DNA of 64,000 nt from Carcharhinus amblyrhynchos. Taxonomy: Eukaryota. Position 1 is the stretch's first letter. Every line of letters starts with the position of its first letter. The notes beneath the pieces were generated by a model, which ran no database searches, had not been told where the DNA came from, and saw only the letters and a list, made by a program, of their open reading frames with translations. The position numbers and the translations under genes are program-made. Shown one piece after another: positions 51,287-62,808 of the stretch. The stretch is from the NCBI GenBank assembly GCA_965287045.1, contig OZ336877.1, forward strand, positions 70,060,001 to 70,124,000, given 5' to 3'.

Positions 51287-52426
51287 TGTTAGGAAACCAA
51301 AAATATTTTAAAGAAATGTGTATTTATATGGGGGAACATTAGTAATAAGGTTAAACGTTATGTGAGCTTCATTTATTATTTGTGTCTGTGCTAGAGAGAG
51401 ATATTTGTATGTGTGGGCTGGTTTCAGTTCCAGCTGGAATTCTATTTTGCTTAGAGAGCTGCAGCCTGAAAGGTAAATAGTTGTCGATGTTGCTTAGCAG
51501 AGAGAGAGTGAGGCTTTCATTGTTATTTAGTTTTAGTTGAAATACAAAGGCAGTTGGTGACGGCCAACTAGAGGGAAAAAAACGTCTCTCATAGCTTTGT
51601 TAGAAGAAAAGCCATTCAATGGAGTAACATTTAAGAAAGCCAATGTCGGAAATCTAAAGATACTTAAGGGAACTAGTAAAAAAGAAGCATCTCTAGAAGA
51701 TCTGAATTTAAGGGAAGAGGAACTGGAATAAAACAGGATACTGTTCATTTCAAGTCACAGAAACTGAAAAGGAATCAGTTGGTAAGAATGCTAAAGAAAG
51801 GCTTCTAAAGTAATACTAAAGATTGGAAAGTCTTATTAGCATCTGGGAAACAAATCTTAAAATAATTGGGAAGAAAGTATTGTCAATGTCAGAATTTGTG
51901 TAACAGTGAAAAATGGTAAAGGCAAAGAAATTCTAAAAGGGTTGGTACAAAATCCTGGAATGGATACAATGTTAAAAGTGGAGCAGAAGCCTCGTTCAAA
52001 AGTGTCATTTGTAAAATCTGGACTCGTTTATGGATTGCAAACTTCTAATTGATAACATTGCTTCAAGAGGAGATTGTAGAACTTATTTTAGGAGTGGAGT
52101 TTGGAATCTTCCATATGACAATCATCTGGAGTGGTGTGAGGAGGAGATTCTAAGGAGAAATCTGCAAGCACTAACTTTGCGTGCTAAGGAGAACATTGTC
52201 GCTTCAAGTGTACTTTGTCATCCATATTAATCATAAAACCTGCATGTAATTTGTTGAGCCAAAGGGGGGAGTTAAAGCGTATTGTATTATAAAATGTGTT
52301 TTTTTTTGTTAAAACTAATTAGCAGTCCTGTCACTGTTTCTCCGCAATTGATGAAGTATAGTAAGGAGCCAAGGTTCCATTCTGGGATCATCCCATCCTG
52401 TTAAAACATCAACTGGGATTGTAGCA
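51287..52426 (+). mobile_element. Solo LTR
   Basis: TGTTAG...GTAGCA termini with 4-bp TSD CTAC. Confidence 0.75.
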
Positions 52427-52559
52427 CTACTCTTGGTTTGTGGCATCAAAGCCCAGTAGTTTATTTGCAAAACATTTTCCTATCAACTTAAAAATATCTG
52501 TTCTTTTTTCATTGATGCTTAAAGTCAATTTATTTTCTTATAAAGCGTGTTAACTCTGT

Positions 52560-53290
52560 TTATCAGATGGAAATTGATGTTAAAATTGAGCAACTCTTTC
52601 ATGCTCTGTGACAATTTTCCTGCCTGCTAACTTGATGATAGCCTGGGTCCAAAAGATAGATCATTAATGTATGTAGAAATTAGGGTTCATATACTCAGAA
52701 AGGATCCAGAAGCAATATAAATGACCTGCTGGCTGTACTGACCTTACTGAAACTGGAGACTTCAAAAAGTAAGTTCAAAAATTCTCTTCACGAGATCAGA
52801 AGGAGCAAATTTGTCCCTCTAGACCACAAAAGGAGCATCTGATTCTCCATCTCCCTGTGTGAAAATCTACTAATCTCCAACCACCCCTCCATTCAGTAAC
52901 TCACCCGATTACCAGCAGCGCCCTCTTGGCCACCAACTCATCCAGCAATTAAGCAGACAACTGTGTTTTTATGCTTGTTTCAGTCGAACATTTGGCAGAC
53001 AGAATATTCTTAAAGTTCGCTCATTAAAATCATCACAACCACCCTTGGAGAGTCAGAGACAGGAAGTTTGGAAGCTCTGCACCTTCCCCTCCTTCAATAC
53101 TCAAATACAACTTTCCAAAGAGCTCCAATCCATGCTTTAGTTAAAATAATGGAATCACTTTGTTGTGCTGTTTATCATCTCACCTCCCTATGGAAATAAC
53201 AGTGGCTGTGTATGGTATCAGCAGGTGCCTTTATGTTCAACTGCCAAAGTTCATTTCACATTCACAGATCTCTCCAGTTTTCAACTTGTT
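52560..53290 (-). pseudogene. Two GREB1-like relic exons (~53290-52905 and 52818-~52560)
   Basis: Donor CGG|GTGAGT at 52904 and acceptor at 52819. Peptides YHTQPLL, IPLF, LLVIG| and RLSSS..KLSQSMKELL resemble YHS.QLL, IPIF, LV.LG| and RLAAS..SLAEGISETL. Confidence 0.5.
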
Positions 53291-53839
53291 TATTTTTATT
53301 TTTTGTTCAATGTGTCACAAAATCCCTGGTTATTAATGTAATATCTCAGAAAGTTGACCAAAAGTATACTTCAAAGTGCAGCTTTTGCTAATTCATTTTG
53401 CCGTGGAAACTAACCGGAAAAGGCCATCTAAATGTTAAATTCAGATGCAGCCATCTGAATGCTGGCTTAATAGATCTTTCTGGCTACCTTTTAATATTGT
53501 GTCTATACTCACTAGTGATTGTTTAATTGAGTTTGGAATCTTCCTTGATGGTTTACATCATTCTGAATTATAAACTGCACTCATACAGTTGAAACACCAT
53601 TCATTATAATCTGCCAACATGAGCCAGCACCTCCACATCAATTTAATTCATTCTTCTTGAACAAAGTTACCCTGAAGCTGTATTTTGGAGCAATATTTCA
53701 GTGGAGCATCTTAACTACTTGCCCAAATCTCAGTGTAAATGCTCTAAGCGATATGATTAGCCCATGCTATATCGGTTTTGTTTAAATTCAGTCTTGACCC
53801 TTTTTTTTGGATCCCACATTTTAACTGACATTAGTAAAA

Positions 53840-54155
53840 GGATGACACAGTGATCAGCACTGCTGCCTCATGGCACCAGGGTCCCAGGTTCAATTCCGGC
53901 CTCAGGTCAGTGTCTGTGCAGAGTTTGCAAATTCTCCCTGTGTCGGCGTGGATTCTCCCTGGTTGTTCTGGTGTCCTCCCACATTGCAAAGGTGTGCAGG
54001 TTAGGTTGATTAGCAATGCTAAATTGACTGTAGTGTCAGAGGACTAGCAAGGTTAACATGGGGGGTTACGGAAATAGGGCCTGGGTGGGACCGTGGTCAG
54101 TGCAGACTCGATGGGCTGAATGGCCTCCTTCTGCACTGTAGGGATTCTATGATTC
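53840..54155 (+). mobile_element. V-SINE (HE1-like)
   Basis: A/B boxes, V-domain, CR1-type tail. Confidence 0.85.
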
Positions 54156-54449
54156 GGTATAATATTCTTTCAGGGTCGGTACAGGCTTGGATGGCTAAAG
54201 GGCCTGTTCCTGTGCTGTAATTTTCTTTGTTCTAAACACTTGCTTCCTATTATCCAAATGATATATTCGGATAACCAAGCAAAATCATAGGCCTAGAGAT
54301 TCCCCAGCACACTGTTTGGTTTTGAGTGCCTCATAATCTCTGGGTGCAGGCAGGAAGCACATGCTTATTATTTTTAAATAGGAAACTCTTCGAGCAATTC
54401 TCATCTGCTGTCTCTCCAAGGCTTTAACATGCTTGCCATAAATGGTAAA

Positions 54450-55456
54450 TGGCCTCAGCTATTTACCATTTATATAGATGATCTGGAGGAGGGAACCGAG
54501 TGTAGGGTGTCGAAATTTGCTGATGACACCAAGATTGGTGGAACGGCAAATTGTGCGGAGGGTGGTGAGAGTCTACAGAAGGATCTAGATAGGCTGGGCG
54601 AATGGGCCAGGAAATGGCAAGTGGAATTTAATGTTGGCAAGTGTGAGGTGGTCCACTTTGGTAGGAATAATGGTAGGAAGGACTATTACTTACGTGGCGA
54701 AAAACTGCAGCAGGCGACGGTGCAGAGGGACCTCGGGGTTCTTGTGCATGAGTCGCAAAAACCCAGCTTGCAGGTGCAGCAGGTGGTCAGGAAGGCGAAT
54801 GGGATGCTGGCCTTCATAGTGAGGGGGATTGAATATAAAAGTAGGGAGGTCTTGCTGCGGCTGTATAGGGCATTGGTGAGGCTGCAGCTGGAGTACTGTG
54901 TGCAGTTTTGGGCACCGTACTTACGCAAGGATATTTTGGCCTTGGAGGGAGTGCAGAGGAGGTTTACTAGGCTGATGCCGGAGTTGAGGGGGTTGAGCTA
55001 TGAGGAGAGGCTGAATAAATTAGGCTTGTACTCGTTAGAGTTTAGAAGAATGAGGGGAGATCTCATTGAGACGTATAAGATGATGAATGGGATGGATAGG
55101 ATAGAGGTGGAGAGACTCTTCCCACTCAGAAAGGATAGTAGGACTAGGGGGCACAGCCTCAAGATAAAGGGGGGGCGGTTTAGAACAGAGTTGAGGAGGA
55201 ACTTCTTCACTCAAAGGGTGGTGAATCTCTGGAATTCTCTGCCCGTTGAAGTGGTGGAGGCTGTCTCGCTAAATATTTTTAAGACGCGGGTTGATGGGTT
55301 TTTGATAAGAGAGGGGATTAAGGGTTATGGGGAGAGGGCGGGAATGTGGAACTGTGCCACAACAGATCAGCCATGATCTTATTGAATGGCGGGGCAGGCT
55401 CGAAGGGCTAGATGGCCTACTCCTGCTCCTATTTCTTATGTTCTTATGTTTTTATG
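54450..55456 (+). mobile_element. Young CR1 LINE, 5'-truncated
   Basis: Open RT C-terminus with FADD; near-identical to 40848-41977. Confidence 0.95.
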
Positions 55457-55696
55457 CTGCTTAAATGTTAGCCAGCACACCAGGGAGAACCTTCCTACTC
55501 TTCTTCAAAATAATTCCACATAATGTTTGATGTCAAACTGACAAGAAAGCTGGACCTTGGTCTAATGTATCATCTGAAAGACATTCCCTCCTCTAGTACA
55601 GCTCTGCCTCGGTACTGCACTGAAGCATCAGAATGGATTGTGTGCTCAAATCCTCAAGCTTCAACTGAACTCAAGAGGTCTACAACTAAACTTTAC

Positions 55697-56106
55697 CTCT
55701 TGTACTTCAATGACTCTGGGTTAGAAATTTGCCTTGGGTACAGTGAACATCTTCATGGGGGGCTGGGTGAAGTTCTGTTCCTCCGCAGATGTGCTCCAAT
55801 TAATGGTGAGGGGGGTCAATGTGTACAAAAATAATTACTCATTTATGTTCTAACATGCATCAAAGACTAACATGATTGTGCCTCAGATTGTCTGCTCTGG
55901 TTGGAAGCCTTCATGAATATTTGAACACCTTACACTCTAACTACGGGGCTTCTGACCATGTGGTGTCTGGTCTGCAAATGCTATTGCATCTTTACAAAAG
56001 TTGGGTCCCTTGTAGTTGAGTATCTTTGCTTGTGGTTTACACAACCAGCTGTTAGAAGAGAACATCTGAGAACCAAGTGAGCAGAAGAAAAAGGGGAAAG
56101 AATGAT
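55697..56106 (-). pseudogene. GREB1-like relic exon
   Basis: Strong acceptor ctttctctttgcAG and donor GAG|GTAAAG. Starts (D)HSFPFF, continuing the ...IFK-GHGNFPYL motif from the previous exon. Confidence 0.6.
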
Positions 56107-56158
56107 CTGCAAAGAGAAAGCCAGAGGTGGATAGAGATTTAATTCAATTAATAATTAA

Positions 56159-56962
56159 CTTAAAGATGGCACCTGATAACCATGAGTACAAAGAAAATGT
56201 TTTAAGAACATTCTGAAAACCTTACTGAAAAGGGGACACATTGACATCAGTGCATGAGCGCAATCGCTACTAGTCATGCCGCATGTCTGCACCTCATTCA
56301 ACAAGCTGCAACATAGTCGAAAACTGACGACATGGGTTTTAATGCAAAGTAGCAATGAAAGAGAACATAAGAACATAAGAAAAAGGAGCAGGAGTAGGCC
56401 ATCTAGCCCTTTGAGCCTGCCCCGCCATTCAATAAGATCATGGCTGATCTGTCGCTGCTCAGTTCCACATTCCCGCCCTCTCCCCATAACCCTTAATCCC
56501 CTGTCTTATCAAAAACCCATCAACCCGCGTCTTAAAAATATTTAGCGAGGCAGCCTCCACCACTTCAACGGGCAGAGAATTCCAGAGATTCACCACCCTT
56601 TGAGTGAAGAAGTTCCTCCTCAACTCCGTTCTAAACCGTCCTCCCTTTATCTTGAGGCTGTGCCCCCCAGTCCTACCGTCTTTTTTGAGCGGGAAGAGTC
56701 TCTCCACCTCTATCCTATCCATCCCATTCATCATCTTATACGTCTCAATGAGATCTCCCCTCATTCTTCTAAACTCTAACGAGTACAAGCCTAGTTTATT
56801 CAGCCTCTCCTCATAGCTCAACCCCCTCAACTCCGGCATCAGCCTAGTAAACCTCCTCTGCAGGAGAGGAAGGAGAGAGAGCAGAATCCTGGCTTGAGAA
56901 TCCCTCCTCCATCAGGGCAGCCTTTGTCCTCTCTGCCCAAGACCTCTGCCTTCAGGATTGAC
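56159..56962 (-). pseudogene. GREB1-like relic exon interrupted by young CR1 (56362-56862)
   Basis: Ends in NVLK...GAIFK, like GREB1 NLLK...PVIFK(G). Candidate acceptor at 56963; donor degenerate. Confidence 0.5.
56362..56862 (-). mobile_element. Young CR1 LINE, 5'-truncated
   Basis: Same family; tail at 56362. Confidence 0.95.
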
Positions 56963-57475
56963 CTACTGAATCAGCAGAGGAAGCACAAATCATGAACTCT
57001 TGCAAACATTATCTTCGTTTTGAGGAACTGATAATGACAATGAACAGCCATAATCCTATTTGTAACTAATTATCATTTTGACCCCCCACCTCCCTCTGCT
57101 ATTGAAACAATAACCAAAATCCCTTTGCACTGCAGATATGTGATCAAGCTACAATAGTAATGTCGCTTTTAACCTAATTCACCCTGTGGGATACTGACAA
57201 TATCAGGTCCAGTGCTGCTCTTGCACACAATCCAATTTTACTCTGTACTGAGATCAGTGGAAAGTAATATCACACAGAGTATAAAATCAGTGTTCCACTA
57301 GGTTTTATGAAGGCAGGACAGATTAAAATTGTTCCCAAAATTTTAAGCTTTCCCAAGTTCACAATATCGCAAAAATAGCTCATTCACTCTGGTGAAGGAT
57401 TCAGCAATCAGGAAACACAAATTAAAATGATTGAGGTGAAACTTTAGTGGCATAAAGACTTGCAGAATATGTTAC

Positions 57476-57690
57476 CTCAGAAATTGAAAGCAATATGTAT
57501 TTCCAGAAAGCATAAACATTAGGCAAATATGACAGTGGCTGGCTGGAGCCAAGATCAGTTAAGAACAACAGACTTGTTGGGACAAGGGTTTTTTCTCTTG
57601 TAATATCACAGCTTTGTATGAAGATAAATTATATTGCATCTCATCATGTTGAATAATTTTAAACCACTTTCCTTTTAATGTGCTGCAAAC
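57476..57690 (-). pseudogene. GREB1-like relic exon
   Basis: Acceptor ttttcctgcataaccAG, donor GAG|GTAACA. Peptides KGKWF...YNL and LSYLPNVYAFWK resemble GKKGF...HINL and LTKGPLICWK. Confidence 0.55.
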
Positions 57691-59671
57691 CTGGTTATGC
57701 AGGAAAATATGATTTACTATTACCTTGCAACAATATTGGTAAGAGAAGGAAAAACACACTAGAAAATTGTAATTCATTTACATATTGAGAGAATTAAAGA
57801 TATTATAAAATGTATTTGCATCAAGCTATTAACTTTAATCAAAGCTTATTTCGCTTAATTATCTCAACATTTTTCTGATAATTTGAATTTAATCATTTAA
57901 AACATTTTGGTTTCCTCAAGGGTTATTTAAAATTCATGTGACTGAAATGATATTTAAAATAACTTTGACTTAATTTTTGTAATGGCTGTGGGTTGACTGC
58001 AAATAATTCCTGTTTCCATGCACTGTAAAGTCATCTTTCATGGCTTTTTTTCTGAGTCAAATGGTTCTACCTCTTTGTTGCTCAGAACAGTTTATGACGC
58101 AGATTTGTGAGATGCTAGTTGGAGATAATCATTTGGGAATTTTTCTGAAAGTGAATTAAAGCTAAAAGCGAGCATTGGGTTTGATCTTATCTGGGAGGCA
58201 CAGGATGTAATTCACCTGAATTGACTTGAAGCTTCCACGCCACACCAGTGGGAAGACTGGAGAGTGAGGGTCCTTATCGTGCTGGGGGGGTGGGGGCAAC
58301 GTTGGCTGGGGGTGAGAGGGCCAGGTTAGGGGTTTCACCTGGGATGGTGGTCATAGTGGGTTAGGCGGTCTTGGAGGTCTGCTGTCTTTCAGGTTTAATG
58401 CCCATTAACAGTGCATAGCACCTCTTCAGGTTATCTATCCTAATGTTTTCTCAGAAGAGGGTGTTATTCTATAGAAGCATTTCTGGAGAAGCTTCTGGAG
58501 AACATCCTGGAGAAGCATTTCACACCCCATGAAGTTTGGATAAACTTTGTGGTTTCACTGAAGCCTCTGTCTGAATTGAACATATTGTAGTTGTTTGTTT
58601 ATACTGGATTTCATGCCCCATCCATTTTTATGAGCTCTGTTGTTAGCTAGCTGCTGCCTGGCTGCATTGATCCTATTGAAGTTGTTTGTTTATGCAGCAT
58701 TGCATAGAATCCATGGAATTCCTACAGTGCAGAATGAGGCCAGACAGCCGGTCAGGTCAGCACTGACAGTCTGAAAGAACATTACCCAGGCCCAGGCCCA
58801 CTCCCCCACCCCTCCCCCAACCTCCATGGGATTTTGCAGTTTTAGGGCAAGCACAGTCAGAAAATCCTGCCCCTACTGTCTGGCTGAACTCAGTTTTTTC
58901 AAATGTGTTTTTTTCCAAGCTGAATGATTTCAGAACTTTGAAGCCTGTCGGATAGGGTATTTTCATCCATGCAGTTGGTTGCACTCAGAGACTGGAGTGC
59001 CAGGCTTCTTGAAAAAAGATCTTCCCACAGCCAATTGTGAATGTTCAGGCTGTGCACCAGAGAATTGAGAAGAACCTTCCTGATTTTAGCTGCCAATGCC
59101 TTGAGGGTGGAGTGAGGCTCATGATTTGTTGGTAATAAGACTGAAAGTTGTCAGCCTAAGGGGCTGGCTGCGTGTCACTCAGAGAGAGATGGCACTGCAG
59201 TACTGTTCAGGACTGGGGCAGGGTGGGTGGAGTGGTGGGGGGATTAATTTGGGCTCTGAAGATCTGTTGCCAGTGATGATGGGGGTGGAGGGTCTTTAAC
59301 TAAAATGTGAGATCTCTGTGGAGCCGGGCTGACTGACATCATTAGGCCCTGCCCCTCATGACCATGAAAAAAATGTACCCCCTGCTTTTCATTGACAAAG
59401 TGTCAGAGGATTTGTAGACATGCCTGTTTTCCTGAGGGGAAAAAAAAATGCTAGTTTTCAGTTAGAACCTGACAATTTACCATTTTTTGGGAAAATTCCA
59501 CCCAATGCCAGAATTCCCACCCAATCAGCGGCAGTTGATACAGACCAGATGATCTGATCTCAGCTCCAGTGTTTAAGGAATAATGCAAAGATATATGTTG
59601 CATTGAAGTTGGGAAGGTGAGAAATGCAAGAGAAATGCAAGTGAAATGCTGAGAGACTGCAACCCATTTTA

Positions 59672-59870
59672 ATGATGCCTCCCTGGGTGTATAGCTGCGG
59701 GGGGGGGGGGGGAAGCGAACAGAGGGAGATCCAATTCTCCTGCTGTGGAAGGAAGAAACTCGTGCCAGAGGCGACATGGTTGGAGGTTGCTATGAAAATA
59801 AACAGCAGGGTCATAACACCACATTCCAGGATGCAGTGCAGGAAGGAGTTTAATGATCTAAGCATGCCAG
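59672..59870 (+). mobile_element. Harbinger-type Myb/SANT-like ORF fragment
   Basis: WLEVAMKINSRVITPHSRMQCRKEFNDL resembles the trihelix Myb domain of PIF/Harbinger ORF2. Confidence 0.65.
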
Positions 59871-59986
59871 GAAATATTATAAAGAAGCACAGTCACCCAC
59901 ATACTGCTGTGTGCATCATTTCCTCATTCTGCCTTCTTTTCTATAAACTCACCTTACAAAATTCCCCACTTACAATCAATATAGTC

Positions 59987-60362
59987 GAAAAGATGTGCTG
60001 GTTAGGTGCAAAGGCCATGCTAAATTCTCCCTCAGTGTATCCGAACAGACACCAGAGAATGGCAACCACAGGATTTTCACAGTAACTTCATTGCAGTGTT
60101 AATGTAAGCCTATTGTGCCACTAGTAAATAAACTTTACAGAAACTTGTTTAATTGCCTTAACCAGCTGATCAATTGTCAACAGATGTACCTCTGACTTGG
60201 TGGCATGCTTACTGACCAAAATATCGCTGGCCATGTTAAATTCTCCTTCAGTGTATCCAAACAGGTGCCAAAGTGTGGCAGCTAGGGGATTTTCACAGTA
60301 ACTTCATTGCACTGTTAATGTAAGCCTACTTGTGACAATAATAAATAAACTTTAAAACTTTA
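59987..60362 (+). mobile_element. Two tandem 5'-truncated V-SINE tails
   Basis: Two copies of ggccatg.taaattctcc...aataaacttt. Confidence 0.8.
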
Positions 60363-60536
60363 AATTATTGCTGCAAAATCTGTTAACTCTGCACCATTTA
60401 CCAAATTTAAGATTGCGACCAGCAACTCTTGCAAATCACATACAAATTGAATATCTAAGAATATACAAAATTACAGACCTGGAAATGATTATGCAATCTA
60501 TCTGCTCTGTAATAAAAGCATTCTTGTCTTAGTTAC

Positions 60537-60756
60537 CTACTGTGTATATGAAAAATACTTGCTATTTATATCACAAAACACCCTGATTAAAATCTACTGA
60601 GTGATTCCTGTAACGCTAAGACAGCAGCATTGGTTTTTACATCGATTAGTTGTGCAATAACTTACAAAATTATATCTCTTCAGAAACTAAGAATGGAATT
60701 TTCAAAACACTGGCATTTGAAAGCTTTCAAATCTACTGATGCCTTTCTCAAGGTAA
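60537..60756 (-). pseudogene. GREB1-like relic exon
   Basis: Acceptor ...cactgcAG, donor TAG|GTAACT. Peptides ASVDLKA, QLIDVKT and VFCDINSKYF resemble AGKDLRL, LLVGVKS and LVCAVDKRFL. Confidence 0.55.
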
Positions 60757-61506
60757 CTGCAGTGATGTCATTTAGCAGAAAGAGAGAAAATAAAACGACT
60801 CAAAGTCGAAAGCTGATGATTGTTACCTCACCACGATGTAACTGAATATGCTAAAGCAATGAGGTTATTAATAGTAAATCAAAGAGATTAACTCCCAGTA
60901 GTTCCCTCCCATAACCAAGAGGGGGAAAACAGATCTTAGTGAGAGCTACTCACCACAAGCTGGTTATTTCTTTTTTTGAGATTGACCATCTCAAAATTAG
61001 TTTGATGGAATGACTAGGTATTGAGAATCCTGTTGTTTGACAATCAAGTGGCAGAGAAATTGTCCATGAGGTAGGGAGGCAGCCTTTCTTTTTGAATAAT
61101 GCCTTTCTGGGTAAACCCAAGCACAAGAGTGAAGCCTAATCTTATTGTGAATACTGTTGAAATCACTTATACGGCATTCTTACAATCCAAGCAGCCTAGC
61201 AAGTGGACTTGGGCTCTATGTGGGGTTGCCAATCTCCCGCATTGTCCGGGAGCTTTGGGAAGTTGAAAAATAATCCCCCAGATATTGCTGTAAGCAACCT
61301 GGGAAGTAAAACCACTGGGGAGTTATTTTATTAGTTATAAACATATTGGAGATAGGAAGTAAGGGCTGTGTGACTGACAGTCAAGAATTATCCATCGAAT
61401 GATGAGTCTGTTTGTGTTCCAGTTGATATGGGAAGGCAGTACAGTGTGAGGATGAACATGCCGGGCAACAAATGGCTGGAGTATGGTGGTGTGTCAGTTG
61501 CAGGTT

Positions 61507-62270
61507 CATAAGAACATAAGCAATAGGAGCAGGAGTAGGCCATCTAGCCCCTCGAGCCTGCCCCGCCATTCAATAAGATCATGGCTGATCTGTCGCTGCT
61601 CAGTTCCACTTTCCCGCCCTCTCCCCATAACCCTTAATCCCCTCTCTTATCAAAAACCCATCAACCTGCGTCTTAAAAATATTTAGCGAGGCAGCCTCCA
61701 CCACTTCAACGGGCAGAGAATTCCAGAAATTCACCACCCTTTGAGTGAAGAAGTTCCTCCTCAACTCCGTTCTAAACCGCCCCCCCTTTATCCTGAGGCT
61801 GTGCCCCCTAGTCCTACTGTCTTTTTTGAGCGGGAAGAGTCTCTCCACCTCTATCCTATCCATCCCATTCATCATCTTATACGTCTCAATGAGATCGCCC
61901 CTCATTCTTCTAAACTCTAACGAGTACAAGCCCAGTTTATTCAGCCTCTCCTCATAGCTCAACCCCCTCAACTCCGGTATCAGCCTAGTAAACCTCCTCT
62001 GCACTCCCTCCAAGGCCAAAATATCTTTGTGCAGGTGCGGCGCCCAAAACTGCACACAGCACTCCAGCTGCGGCCTCACCAATGCCCTATACAGCTGCAG
62101 CAAGACCTCCCTACTTTTATATTCAATCCCCCTCGCTATGAAGGCCAGCATCCCATTCGCCTTCCTGACCACCTGCTGCACCTGCAGGCTGGGTTTTTGC
62201 GACTCATGCACAAGGACCCCGAGGTCCCTCTGCACCGTCACCGTCGTCGTCGTCACTGTCATGTCATGTC
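61507..62270 (-). mobile_element. Young CR1 LINE, 5'-truncated, TSD TCATAA
   Basis: Open ORF2 end 61600-62240; TSD at 61506-61511 and 62269-62274. Confidence 0.95.
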
Positions 62271-62274
62271 ATAA

Positions 62275-62435
62275 AACTTTCTGGAATTGGTCCAACTAGA
62301 GTCGGTGACCTGAGCAAATAGGAACAATAACTTGCTTTCCTTGTGTCTCATAAGCTGCATTTGTTCAGATGCTCAATGGAAGTTTAACGACTTGTGGCAT
62401 TTCTCCATACATTATCCTGCTAAATTGTTATCTCT
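62275..62435 (-). pseudogene. GREB1-like relic, first coding exon (5' part; interrupted by CR1, continues ~61505-61380)
   Basis: Mixed frames give DNNLAG*, TSIE and LFAQV, versus GREB1 N-terminus GNSYAGQ..NSIE..IFSQL. Removing the CR1 (TSD TCATAA) rejoins KFYEPATDTPPYSSHLLPG. Confidence 0.5.
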
Positions 62436-62564
62436 GCACTGGAACCATATACGGGATTTTTCTACTTGGAATTTCAGAAGGTTGATTTTGAAGAGTTTCT
62501 CCTATTATTTTATAATCATTACGTTTTATATTTTAAAAATGGAAAGTTAATGTACTTATTCAAA

Positions 62565-62808
62565 GTTTTAAAGTAAAGTTTATTTATTAGTCGCAACTAA
62601 GGCTTACTTGCAATGAAGTTGCTGTGAAATTCCCCTAGTCGCCACAGTTTGGCGGCTGTTTGGGTTAATACACCTAACCAGCACATCTAGCACATCTTTC
62701 AGAATGTGGGAGGAATCCCACGCAGACACGGGGTGAACAGACAGTGATCCAAACAGGGAACTGAACCCTGGTGCTGTGAAACAGCGCTGCTAACAACTGT
62801 GCTGCCCC
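62565..62808 (-). mobile_element. V-SINE (alternative tail), internally deleted
   Basis: Reverse complement of the 28626-28910 family. Confidence 0.75.

Larger units (their letters stand above)
29060..62435 (-). pseudogene. Decayed multi-exon GREB1/GREB1L-family gene (divergent paralog, unitary-pseudogene-like)
   Basis: Many minus-strand exon-like blocks, often bounded by polypyrimidine-AG and GT, translate (with stops and frameshifts) to peptides resembling successive GREB1 regions in the correct order. Homology judged by eye against remembered GREB1/GREB1L sequence. Confidence 0.75.

Noticed and set aside
39842-62299. Recurrent ORFs such as MKKFLLNSVLN... and MRRCGAQNCTQ...
   Set aside because: Antisense or alternative-frame shadows of CR1 ORF2.
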